DNA from: Trichormus sp. ATA11-4-KO1
GTDB taxonomy: Bacteria; Cyanobacteriota; Cyanobacteriia; Cyanobacteriales; Nostocaceae
Direction of reading: 5' to 3'
DNA length: 64,000 bases
Assembly: GCA_019358915.1 (NCBI GenBank)
Contig: JAHHIM010000036.1
Coordinates: 64,001 to 128,000, forward strand
Positions 1 to 9,648 of this stretch are shown here, piece after piece (within the stretch, counting starts at the first letter, position 1; every line of letters starts with the position of its first letter). The notes beneath the pieces were generated by a model. The model saw only the letters and a program-made list of their open reading frames with translations, was not told the origin of the DNA and searched no databases. Both the position numbers and the translations under genes were made by a program.

Positions 1-2
1 AG

Positions 3-314
3 TTATCTGGTGGACAACGACAAAGAATTGCCATCGCCCGTGCAGTACTCAAGAATCCGCCAATTTTGATTTTAGATGAAGCCACTTCGGCGGTGGACAA
101 TGAAACGGAAGCGGCAATCCAGCGATCGCTGGAACGGATTACAGTAGATAGAACTACCATCGCTATCGCTCATCGTCTTTCAACTATCCGCAATGCTGAT
201 TGTATTTATGTCATGGAACATGGGAAATTAATAGAGTCGGGGACTCATGAGCAGTTGTTGCAAAAAGATGGTGTGTATGCAAGCCTCTGGCGTGTACAAA
301 GTGGTTTAAGATAA
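3..314 (+). CDS. ABC transporter ATP-binding/permease protein, C-terminal part (5' truncated by window)
   Basis: Frame from nt 3 reads [32 protein letters not shown]...IAHRLST: ABC signature, Walker B and H-loop of an MsbA/Sav1866-type exporter. Confidence 0.93.
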   Translation, partial: LSGGQRQRIAIARAVLKNPPILILDEATSAVDNETEAAIQRSLERITVDRTTIAIAHRLSTIRNADCIYVMEHGKLIESGTHEQLLQKDGVYASLWRVQSGLR

Positions 315-333
315 ATCTCACATATTCAATTAA

Positions 334-525
334 GAATTACGAATTACGAATTACGCCTGATGTGAATTAAAAAATCCTGTTGTCCCGGGTTTCCAAGCTT
401 GCCTAAATCATAGTTTCAGGCATCATGAATGAAATCACAAGGCTTTCAACACCTAATACACATTAGACGTGAATTACGAATTACGAATTACGTTCGCGGA
501 GCGTGCCGTAGGCTCTATTACGAAT
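334..525. repeat. STRR-type heptamer tracts (AATTACG)n with a small GC-rich repeat inserted
   Basis: AATTACG tandem copies at ~334-355 and ~472-492/517-525; the second tract is interrupted by ttcgcggagcgtgccgtaggctc. Confidence 0.75.
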
Positions 526-530
526 TATTT

Positions 531-956
531 ATGATGTTTGGTAGTACTCAGCCGGAGACAGGGGATAGCAAGTGGCGTCGTCAGTTGGATAAGTTTGTTA
601 AGGAAAATCAACGAGATTTGGCGGCGCTGTTTTGGGGATTGTGGTTGGAGAATGGTGATAGTAAAGGAACTGTGGGGATTGATTTACAGCCAACTCCGCA
701 TTTTGTTTATTGTCCTCAAGCCGCAATAGAAAATTTAAATCATCAAGTTGAAAATCGGCTTCAGGAAATTTTGGGTATTGTCGAGAATCATCAACCTGAG
801 GTGGAAGTTGTGATGATTGGGATTGGTAAGGGTGAAATTAAATTAATTCAGTTTGCACCGGAACCACCACCACCAGATTGTTTTGCGCAAGTTGGTCAGG
901 ATGTAGATGGGTTGTTGGAATTGTTGGAACAGAGGATGAGTGAGCAGGATTTTTAA
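531..956 (+). CDS. ccmS: Conserved cyanobacterial protein, probably beta-carboxysome assembly chaperone CcmS
   Basis: WRRQLDKFV...LAALFWGL...GIDLQPTPHFVYCP recalled as CcmS (Slr1911 family). Start moved to ATG 531 because the upstream ORF part is repeat-derived. Confidence 0.65.
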   Translation: MMFGSTQPETGDSKWRRQLDKFVKENQRDLAALFWGLWLENGDSKGTVGIDLQPTPHFVYCPQAAIENLNHQVENRLQEILGIVENHQPEVEVVMIGIGKGEIKLIQFAPEPPPPDCFAQVGQDVDGLLELLEQRMSEQDF

Positions 957-1005
957 ATTTCTTAGATTAAGCCTGCCGTGAGAAATTAGAACTCAAGAGT
1001 AAACA

Positions 1006-1027
1006 GGAGCGCTAGTCCTGGCGCTCC
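1006..1027. terminator. Hairpin between convergent ccmS and lepA
   Basis: GGAGCGC-N8-GCGCTCC inverted repeat. Confidence 0.45.
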
Positions 1028-1062
1028 AGGTATATTGTGATCCTAGACAAAGTTAAATCAAA

Positions 1063-2874
1063 TTAACTTTGATCCAAGCGTAATACTGCCATAAAAGCCT
1101 CTTGGGGTACATCCACTGTACCCACAGATTTCATCCGCTTTTTACCTTTTGCTTGCTTCTGTAACAGTTTCTTCTTGCGGCTGATGTCGCCACCGTAACA
1201 CTTGGCAAGTACGTCTTTCCGCAAGGCGGGAATATGTTCGCTGGCAATTACTTTACTACCAATAGCTGCCTGAATTGGCACTTTAAATTGATGGCGGGGA
1301 ATTAATTCTTTGAGTTTTTCAGCCATTGATCGCCCAACGCCATAAGCTTTATCTCGGTGGACAATCATCGCCAACGAATCCACAGGATCGCCGTTAATCA
1401 TAATGTCCAGCTTCACCAAGGGATTTTCGCGGTAGCCGATGAGGTGATATTCCATACTGGCATAACCACGCGATCGCGACTTCATCTGATCAAAAAAGTC
1501 GGTGACAACTTCCGCCAAGGGTAACTCGTAAGTCAGTGTAGTGCGTCCTTGGGCGAGATATTTCATATCTTTGAAGATGCCACGTCTATTTTGTGACAAT
1601 TCCATCAAAGTGCCGACGTAAGTTTCCGGCGTAATCATCTCTACTTGAACATAAGGCTCTTCAATTTTTTCGCGATCGTTGGGAGCAGGTAAGTTGCTGG
1701 GATTATCTATGAACAGTTCTTCACCTTTGATAGTAATTACACGGTAAACCACCGAAGGTGCTGTAATAATTAAATCTAGGTTGTACTCTCGCTCTAAACG
1801 CTCCTGGACAATTTCCATGTGTAGCAAACCCAAGAACCCACAACGGAAACCAAAACCCATAGCGCTAGAAGTTTCTGGTTCGTAGTGCAATGCGGCATCA
1901 TTGAGTCCCAACTTTTCTAAAGCTTCGCGCAAGTCTTCAAATTGGTCAGCATCAATGGGGAACATGCCGCAAAACACCATCGGGTTGGCTTCTGTGTAAC
2001 CAGGTAGAGGTTCTACGGCTTTGGCTTTCGTGAGGGTAATGGTGTCTCCCACCCGCGCATCAGCTACAGCTTTAATGGCGGCGGCAAAATAGCCTACTTC
2101 TCCAGCGTGCAGTTCTTCAACTTGTACTTGAGTAGGAGACAGCACGCCTAACTCGTCAATTTCGTATTCTTTACCGGATGCCATAAGATAAACGCGATCG
2201 CCTTTTCTCAAGGTGCCGTCCATTACCCGGAAATAGACAATTACGCCCCGGTAGCTGTCGTAGTAGCTATCAAAAATCAATGCTCGTAAGCGTTCATCTA
2301 CCGTATTTTTTGGTGGTGGTATCCGCTCTACAACTGCTTCTAAAATTTCATTAATGCCAATTCCCTCTTTGGCAGAGGCGAGAATTGCACCACTGCAATC
2401 TAAACCAATAATTTCTTCTATTTCGCTGATTACCCGGTCTGGTTCTGCCCCAGGCAAATCAATTTTATTTAAAACTGGGATAATTTCTAAATCATGTTCC
2501 AAAGCTAAATAAAGATTGGCCAAAGTTTGTGCTTCTACGCCTTGAGACGCATCTACCACCAACAGCGCTCCTTCACAAGCCACCAGACTCCGGGACACTT
2601 CATAAGAAAAATCCACATGACCTGGTGTATCAATTAAGTTTAGTACATACTGTTGACCATCTTTAGCTTTGTAGTTCATCCGGGCAGCTTGCAGCTTAAT
2701 GGTAATGCCGCGCTCCCGTTCCAAATCCATATTGTCGAGAAACTGTTCCTTCATCTTCCGCTCATCCACAGTGCCAGTGGCTTGCAGTAGGCGATCGGCG
2801 AGGGTAGATTTCCCGTGGTCGATGTGAGCAATAATACAGAAATTGCGAATGCGAACGGCGGGAACGTCAGTCAT
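1063..2874 (-). CDS. lepA: Translation elongation factor 4 (LepA)
   Basis: [32 protein letters not shown] and C-terminal [14 protein letters not shown]. Confidence 0.99.
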   Translation of the reverse strand: MTDVPAVRIRNFCIIAHIDHGKSTLADRLLQATGTVDERKMKEQFLDNMDLERERGITIKLQAARMNYKAKDGQQYVLNLIDTPGHVDFSYEVSRSLVACEGALLVVDASQGVEAQTLANLYLALEHDLEIIPVLNKIDLPGAEPDRVISEIEEIIGLDCSGAILASAKEGIGINEILEAVVERIPPPKNTVDERLRALIFDSYYDSYRGVIVYFRVMDGTLRKGDRVYLMASGKEYEIDELGVLSPTQVQVEELHAGEVGYFAAAIKAVADARVGDTITLTKAKAVEPLPGYTEANPMVFCGMFPIDADQFEDLREALEKLGLNDAALHYEPETSSAMGFGFRCGFLGLLHMEIVQERLEREYNLDLIITAPSVVYRVITIKGEELFIDNPSNLPAPNDREKIEEPYVQVEMITPETYVGTLMELSQNRRGIFKDMKYLAQGRTTLTYELPLAEVVTDFFDQMKSRSRGYASMEYHLIGYRENPLVKLDIMINGDPVDSLAMIVHRDKAYGVGRSMAEKLKELIPRHQFKVPIQAAIGSKVIASEHIPALRKDVLAKCYGGDISRKKKLLQKQAKGKKRMKSVGTVDVPQEAFMAVLRLDQS

Positions 2875-3397
2875 ATACTATTTTTGCTGAAGCAGCAACC
2901 AAGGTTAAACAAGAAATTTACTTCATATATTTTAATGCTTTCTTAGCCAATACGCTGCTATCGGAGAGTTAATCAGTTATTTTCTCTTGGCGCCTCTATG
3001 TCTGTGGCTGATGTTGACCTTCTAGACAGGAACTACGCTTACAAGCAGATCAGGTTTTCCGCCGCTTTCAATAAAGTCTATTTTACATGCGGGGATTGAC
3101 CTACTAGAAGCGTACAATAAATATATATAAGTAAATAATGTAGATATCGTAGGTAGTTACACTCCGTAACTGCTTAAAACTACTGATTTACTCACAAAAC
3201 TTCTGGAGCTGTTGTCTAGCAAGTTTGATGAAATTTACCATTTAAAACCAGATGCTGTTACTTTGGTTTGATTTCGGGGAACTATATAACTGTGCAGTAA
3301 CTCTGCACAACAAAAATAGTCAGTAAACTCAACCGAATGGTAGATAATCACTGCTCGACAAAGCTTTAGACGCAACAATCTCTGAGTATATAAACCT

Positions 3398-3634
3398 ATG
3401 AATATGAAAGAGAAAGCTACCGAAACGGGTCACAAACGAGCCGATAAGGTAGAAATCGCCGTCCGCCTGGACTCGGAGTTACTAGAGCAAATTCAGCATT
3501 TAACTAATGACCCGAGTAAAGTAATTGAGGTGGCGATTCGTCAATGGTTACGCGGTGAAGTTTCTAGGGATGATGAACTGACACGCACCCCTCATCGGAT
3601 ACCGATTCCACCCAGGGGTGAATGGAATGATTGA
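3398..3634 (+). CDS. Small ribbon-helix-helix-like protein (CcdA/CopG-like)
   Basis: VEIAVRLDSELLEQI...SKVIEVAIRQWL fits a beta-alpha-alpha RHH pattern; no adjacent toxin. Confidence 0.6.
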   Translation: MNMKEKATETGHKRADKVEIAVRLDSELLEQIQHLTNDPSKVIEVAIRQWLRGEVSRDDELTRTPHRIPIPPRGEWND

Positions 3635-3813
3635 CATCGATAAACAAGCTGTAAATAGAAAATAAAAAGAATGTGAAGTTTGTCAATCTGGATTCCAAAC
3701 ACGCCAAAATACCCAAAGTGAGAATGCCAAAGCTGTAATAATTTATGCCAATTTTATTTAACCAGCTTTAGCAAAACTGTTTTGAGTTGCCATTTGTCTA
3801 TCCAACTCGATTA

Positions 3814-5556
3814 ATGACTATTACTGCTAACTCCCAATTGCCGAACTTATTTCCCCAAAACCTGGAATATTCAAATAAGAAGACCGATGGCTCCTTAGCG
3901 ACTCTAGGAGCAGAATTGGTGTACACGCAAGATGGGGCAGGACGCTACCTAACATTTTATTGGCAGCATAGCGAACTGTTGGGGTTAAACCCTAAGCAAA
4001 TAGTTAATGAGTGCAATGAAGACGAAATTTTTGTCCCCGTAGACAATAAGGCTTATTTGGAACGGTTGCACCGGATTTTAAATAGTTTAGTGCCAGAAAG
4101 GTTTCAATGCTGGTTTAGCTACCGTCAAGAGTTATTTGAGTTGGAGTTGGCAATGTGCCCAATTATGCCGCAATTGGGAAGTGCTGCTACTACAGTTTTG
4201 GTAATGGGACGGTTAGTGCAAGCTACACTCAACACACAAGAAGTCAAGGCGACACCACAAGCGCCAACACAGGTAGAGTTGGCGATGCGATCGCAGCAAC
4301 ACCAGAAGCTGGTAAATAAAATTACCAGAAATATTCGGCGGACTTTGGATTTAGACGTAATTTGGCAACAAACAGTTGACAGTTTGGGGAAAGCGCTACG
4401 GCTAGAGCGCTGCATTATCTGTCCTTATCAGCCCTCTAGCTCTAGAGTCCGAGTGATAGCAGAGTATCACCAGCCAGAGCGCAGCTCGATGCTGGGCTGG
4501 GAAATAGATGTAGCATCGGAACCAGCCTTTGCTCAGGCGTTGGCAACTTTAGAACCAATTGTGATGGAAGTGTCGGGGTATAGCCTTTGTCCCCAGCAAA
4601 AAATCTTAGTAGTGGCGACATGCTATCAAGACCAAGCCAACGGACTAATTGCCATCAGTCTTAGAGACGAATGTGACACGTTGACGGATGCAGAACTGGA
4701 ACTAGCAAAAGAAGTTGCAGACCAACTCGGAACAGCGATCGCTCATGCTACTTTATACAAAGAATTAGAAGCAGCCCGTCAAAAAGCCGAAGAAGCCTCC
4801 CGTCTCAAAAGCGAGTTTCTCGCTAATGTATCCCATGAAATTCGTACTCCCCTCAACGGCATGATCGGATTTTTGAAGCTGATTTTGGAAGGCATGGCAG
4901 ATGATCCAGAAGAACAAAATCAGTTCCTAGCCGAAGCTCATCATCTATCAATACACCTGCTGAATATCATTAACGACATCCTCGACATAGCCAAAATCGA
5001 AGCAGGCAAAATGGAGTTAGTTTGCTCTCCAGTCCAGCTAGACGAGCTATTTAGCGATGTAGAAAATTTCATGCGTCCCCAAGCAGAGATGAAAAACCTC
5101 AGCTTCCGGATGCAAATGCCTCTCACCTCTGATGAAATTATCGTCCAAGGTAATTACCAAAGGCTGCTACAAGTTATGCTCAACTTGGTAAGTAATGCCA
5201 TTAAATTTACCCAAGAAGGTGGCATTACTATCAGTGCCGATTTAGTACTGAAGAAGGCAAAATTTCAAGACCAGCAATTTCCTGGCATGGTGAGAGTGCG
5301 AGTAGCCGACACGGGTATCGGTGTTTCCCTGGATAAGCAAGATAAATTGTTTCAATTATTCTCTCAAGTAGATGGCTCTCGCACTCGCCAATACGGCGGT
5401 ACTGGTTTAGGACTGGTAATATCCCAAAAGCTCATAGAGGCTATGGGTGGTGAAGTACATTTTTACAGTCTTGGCGAAGGACTTGGCTCAACAGTCACAT
5501 TTACAGTGCCGCTATATCAACAACCAGTCTTGGTTTCGTCTAGTGATAGCGACTGA
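3814..5556 (+). CDS. GAF-domain sensor histidine kinase
   Basis: GAF (IRRTLDLDVIWQQTV), H-box FLANVSHEIRTPLN, N-box NLVSNAIKFT, G1 DTGIG, G2 GGTGLGL. ATG 3814 preferred over TTG 3787. Confidence 0.93.
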   Translation: MTITANSQLPNLFPQNLEYSNKKTDGSLATLGAELVYTQDGAGRYLTFYWQHSELLGLNPKQIVNECNEDEIFVPVDNKAYLERLHRILNSLVPERFQCWFSYRQELFELELAMCPIMPQLGSAATTVLVMGRLVQATLNTQEVKATPQAPTQVELAMRSQQHQKLVNKITRNIRRTLDLDVIWQQTVDSLGKALRLERCIICPYQPSSSRVRVIAEYHQPERSSMLGWEIDVASEPAFAQALATLEPIVMEVSGYSLCPQQKILVVATCYQDQANGLIAISLRDECDTLTDAELELAKEVADQLGTAIAHATLYKELEAARQKAEEASRLKSEFLANVSHEIRTPLNGMIGFLKLILEGMADDPEEQNQFLAEAHHLSIHLLNIINDILDIAKIEAGKMELVCSPVQLDELFSDVENFMRPQAEMKNLSFRMQMPLTSDEIIVQGNYQRLLQVMLNLVSNAIKFTQEGGITISADLVLKKAKFQDQQFPGMVRVRVADTGIGVSLDKQDKLFQLFSQVDGSRTRQYGGTGLGLVISQKLIEAMGGEVHFYSLGEGLGSTVTFTVPLYQQPVLVSSSDSD

Positions 5557-5940
5557 GATGGTCTGTGGTTACTTCATCAATAAAGCGGCAATTAATTGTA
5601 CTTAAAAGCTTCAATACAGTTGCTAGCTACATTGCGAGTCGCTACGGTGCGGTTGTTTGCAACTCGAAAACCAATGCAGTTTAGGAATATGCGAAAATCT
5701 AAAACTATGGGTTATTGGTATAGTGATTGTTAACTATACAGATGGAGAACGCTGTAAAATTAAGTCCGGCTATTTTTATTTCATGCTCCTAGAACCAGCA
5801 GAGGTTAGTGCATGAGTGATGAAAACCTGATTTTCATCTACCCGCCTCTAGACAAAATACAATCTAAGGGCAATTATATCTAAAATTGAGTTAACAAACG
5901 TTGCATATAAAGATATTCCTACCAAAAGAGGTCTCAAACA

Positions 5941-6171
5941 ATGGAACTGACATCTGAAAATGTTGAAACAGTCTTAGATGAAATGCGCCCTTATCTGATG
6001 TCTGATGGCGGCAATGTGGAACTTGTAGAACTTGATGGGCCTATTGTTAAACTGCGGTTGCAAGGTGCTTGTGGTTCTTGCCCCAGTTCCACAATGACCC
6101 TGAGAATGGGTATTGAGCGCCGACTACGGGAAATGATTCCAGAAATTGCAGAAGTTGAGCAAGTGATCTAG
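5941..6171 (+). CDS. nfuA: NifU-C/NfuA family Fe-S cluster scaffold
   Basis: [14 protein letters not shown]...[11 protein letters not shown] (CxxC); AGAGG RBS upstream. Confidence 0.92.
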   Translation: MELTSENVETVLDEMRPYLMSDGGNVELVELDGPIVKLRLQGACGSCPSSTMTLRMGIERRLREMIPEIAEVEQVI

Positions 6172-6307
6172 GGAATAGGGAGTAGGGAGTGGGGACTAGA
6201 GACTCGGTACTAGAAAAGTAAAACCTATTTTTCCTCCGCCCCTCCGCCCCCCCTGCTCCTCTGCTCCTCTGCTTCTTTGTCCTATGCCCCATGCTTAATC
6301 ATCTACT

Positions 6308-8542
6308 ATGTCCCATCCATTACACATCGCTTTTATTTGGCATCAACATCAGCCGCTGTACAAGTCACCTGGCAGCGGCGTTTCGCTTTCTTCTAGTCAA
6401 AAGTATCGCCTGCCTTGGGTACGATTACATGGAACCAAGGATTATTTAGATTTAATATTAATCCTTGAGCAGTATCCCAAGTTACATCAAACAGTAAATC
6501 TAGTACCATCCTTAATATTACAACTCGAAGATTATATTGCTGGCACTGCTTTTGACCCTTATCTCACAGCTAGCTTGACACCAGATGAACAACTCAGTCA
6601 GCAGCAAAAAGAATTTATTATCCAACATTTTTTTGATGCCAATCATCACACCCTGATTGATCCTCATCCCCGTTATGCCGAGTTGTATTACCAACGGCAG
6701 GAAAAAGGAGAAGCTTGGTGTTTAGCTAATTGGCAATTGTCTGAATACAGCGATTTGCTGGCTTGGCATAATCTGGCATGGATTGATCCGGTATTTTGGG
6801 ATGACCCACAAATTGCCGCTTGGTTGAAGCAGGGTCGGAATTTTACTTTAAGCGATCGCCAGCGTATATATTCTAAACAGCGCGAAATTCTCAGCCGCAT
6901 TATCCCCCAACACCGGAAAATGCAAGCGGCAGGGCAATTAGAAGTCACTACCACGCCTTACACTCACCCAATTTTGCCTCTGCTAGCCGATACTAACTCC
7001 GGTCGAGTGGCAGTGCCCCAAATGACATTACCTGAGCATCGGTTTCAATGGGCAGAGGATATTCCCCGACATTTACGCAAAGCTTGGGAGTTGTATAGAG
7101 AACGTTTTGGACAGGAACCACGAGGTTTGTGGCCTTCTGAGCAGTCAGTCAGTCCCGAAATCCTGCCGTATATTATTAAACAAGGCTTTAAGTGGATTTG
7201 CTCAGATGAAGCCGTTTTAGGATGGTCGCTGAAACACTTCTTTCACCGTGATGGGGCAGGAAATGTCCAGGAACCAGAATTAATTTATCGACCATACCGC
7301 CTGGAAACCCCAGCAGGTGACTTGTCAATCGTATTTCGCGACCACAGATTATCAGATTTAATTGGTTTTACCTACGGGTCTATGCCACCAAAACAGGCAG
7401 CAGCAGACTTAGTAGGACACCTGCAAGCGATCGCTAAAATGCAAAGAGAACGCCCAAGTGAACAACCTTGGTTAGTTACCATCGCTCTGGATGGAGAAAA
7501 TTGCTGGGAATTTTATCCCCAAGATGGTAAACCGTTCTTAGAAGCTTTGTATCAAACCTTAAGCAACGAACCCCACCTGAAACTCGTTACAGTCTCAGAA
7601 TTTCTCGAACAATTTCCTCCCACCGCAACTATCCCTGGAGGACAACTACATAGTGGTTCTTGGGTGGATGGTAGCTTCACCACTTGGATTGGTGACCCCG
7701 TGAAAAATCGCGCTTGGGACTACCTAGCACACGCCAGGGCGACACTTGCTAAACATCCCGAAGCCACAGAAGAAAGTAACCCAGAAGCATGGGAAGCTTT
7801 GTATGCCGCCGAGGGTTCCGATTGGTTCTGGTGGTTCGGTGAAGGACATTCTTCAAACCAGGATGCCATCTTTGACCAATTGTTTCGAGAACACTTATTA
7901 GGCATTTACAAGGCTTTAAATGAACCAGCACCGTCTTATCTCAAGCAACCACTGGAGGTTCATGAAGCACGTGCTGATCATAAACCAGAAGGATTTATTC
8001 ATCCCATCATTAATGGGAGTGGGGATGAACAGGACTGGGACAAAGCCGGACGCATAGAAATTGGCGGGGCGCGGGGCACAATGCACAATAGCAGCCTTAT
8101 CCAACGACTTTGGTATGGGGTAGATCACTTGAATTTCTATTTGCGGGTGGACTTTAAAAGTGGTGTTGCCCCAGGAAAGGACTTGCCAGGCGAGTTAAAT
8201 TTATTGTGGTTTTATCCTGATCGGACAATGCACAATAGCCCAATTTCCTTGGCGGATGTGCCAGATGTAGCACCACTTAATTATCATTACCACCATCATT
8301 TAGCAATTGATTTGCTGACGCAATCGATTCAATTTCGCGAAGCTGGAGAACATTATCAATGGCATCCTCGTTTTAGCCGCGCTCAAGTAGCTTTCAACAA
8401 TTGTTTAGAGGTGGCAGTACCGTGGGCTGATTTGCAAGTTCCGCCCGATTATCCTTTGCGCCTAATCTTAGTGTTGGCGGATGAAGGGTGTTTCCGCAAT
8501 TATTTACCGGAAAATGCTTTGATTCCGATTGAAGTGCCTTAA
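6308..8542 (+). CDS. Glycoside hydrolase family 57 (amylopullulanase-like)
   Basis: WHQHQP, LPWVRLH, GLWPSEQ (nucleophile Glu), IALDGEN (acid/base Asp), AEGSDWFWW. Confidence 0.93.
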   Translation: MSHPLHIAFIWHQHQPLYKSPGSGVSLSSSQKYRLPWVRLHGTKDYLDLILILEQYPKLHQTVNLVPSLILQLEDYIAGTAFDPYLTASLTPDEQLSQQQKEFIIQHFFDANHHTLIDPHPRYAELYYQRQEKGEAWCLANWQLSEYSDLLAWHNLAWIDPVFWDDPQIAAWLKQGRNFTLSDRQRIYSKQREILSRIIPQHRKMQAAGQLEVTTTPYTHPILPLLADTNSGRVAVPQMTLPEHRFQWAEDIPRHLRKAWELYRERFGQEPRGLWPSEQSVSPEILPYIIKQGFKWICSDEAVLGWSLKHFFHRDGAGNVQEPELIYRPYRLETPAGDLSIVFRDHRLSDLIGFTYGSMPPKQAAADLVGHLQAIAKMQRERPSEQPWLVTIALDGENCWEFYPQDGKPFLEALYQTLSNEPHLKLVTVSEFLEQFPPTATIPGGQLHSGSWVDGSFTTWIGDPVKNRAWDYLAHARATLAKHPEATEESNPEAWEALYAAEGSDWFWWFGEGHSSNQDAIFDQLFREHLLGIYKALNEPAPSYLKQPLEVHEARADHKPEGFIHPIINGSGDEQDWDKAGRIEIGGARGTMHNSSLIQRLWYGVDHLNFYLRVDFKSGVAPGKDLPGELNLLWFYPDRTMHNSPISLADVPDVAPLNYHYHHHLAIDLLTQSIQFREAGEHYQWHPRFSRAQVAFNNCLEVAVPWADLQVPPDYPLRLILVLADEGCFRNYLPENALIPIEVP

Positions 8543-8578
8543 GATTTTCAAAAAAATTAAAAGCTAAAACCAGATTTT

Positions 8579-8607
8579 GTAGAGACGTTCTGCCAAAACG
8601 TCTCTAC
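8579..8607. repeat. REP-like palindrome GTAGAGACG...CGTCTCTAC
   Basis: Inverted repeat gtagagacgtt-N7-aacgtctctac between convergent genes; a related copy sits inside ClC at 18691. Confidence 0.7.
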
Positions 8608-8625
8608 GACAAAATTGTGATTTAT

Positions 8626-9247
8626 TTACAAAACATTCTGCAATTCTGCAATTGAGTTTGCCACAATAATACTACGCAAAATTTGCTTCAACCTTTCTAA
8701 ATCAGAAACTTGGGTAATTTGAGGCATTAATACTAAACCCTCATCACCAAATTTAGCCTGCAAGCTAGTTTCAATACTAGTCATTATTCCCCGTGCTTCG
8801 CCGCGTGCTTCTCCTTCACGTAATATTTCTTGATACCAAGGTGATTCACGCAATACAGCCATATCCCACCTCATGATTTCCTGAACTAAGGCACTTTCTA
8901 CTACAAACGTAGCAAAAAATGCTAAAACAGTCTCCAATTGATTTAACTGTTCATCGGCACGAAGAATTTTTAACGCTGCTCTAATTGTAGATTCATTGTC
9001 ACCTCCTTTAAGAATTGGTACAAAGGGAAGCAAAGCTGGTAATGGCTGTTGAAAAACAATATCTACATCAACTTCCCATAAGTTAATCACTCGGTAATCT
9101 TGAAGCGCACGTAACCCCGCAATATTTGATGTAAAGTTTGTCGGTATGATTGTATTACTTGTAGGTAAAATATTAATCAGTTCTTACCCAGTTGTTAGGT
9201 GCAAGGCTAATTAATTTTTTGGTACTGATATCTGCGGATTTTGTCAT
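8626..9247 (-). pseudogene. Rpn/DUF4351-type putative nuclease/transposase, internally deleted
   Basis: ATG at 9247 reads MTKSADISTKKLISLAPNNWVR then hits a stop; another frame resumes LINILP...QDYRVINLWEVD...LRESPWYQEILREGEARGEARG. The segment that normally lies between them is missing. Confidence 0.8.
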
Positions 9248-9648
9248 CAAAACGTAGATGCACTCACAGGATAAAATTTATCCTATCGCTATTTCATTAC
9301 ATTCGTCAGAGAAAGCCAGTAATATTTAGCAAGATAAATCGTTTTTTACTCAATGTAAGGTAAAGTTTGATTCATCAATATACGGGTAAAATGACTAGGT
9401 TTTGAATTTGCACAATATTTGTATTTGATATTATAATATAGTCAAGAATATAATTAATTTTATGGCTCTTGTGATTTTCCGCCATCAAGAGAAACAGGTT
9501 AGCATTTACCAACATTTACTATATAAGTAATTCCCCAATCCCCTACAGCAGTGTTTTCTACCACAATTACGCGAGAGCCAATCTGAAAATAAGGGAAATT
9601 TCGGGGCAAACTTAGCATAATTTGTCGTGCAGTCGCGCCTGTCAGCTC

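Noticed and set aside
429..530. N-terminal extension of the ccmS-like ORF
   Set aside because: Translates STRR and small-repeat DNA; ATG 531 is more plausible
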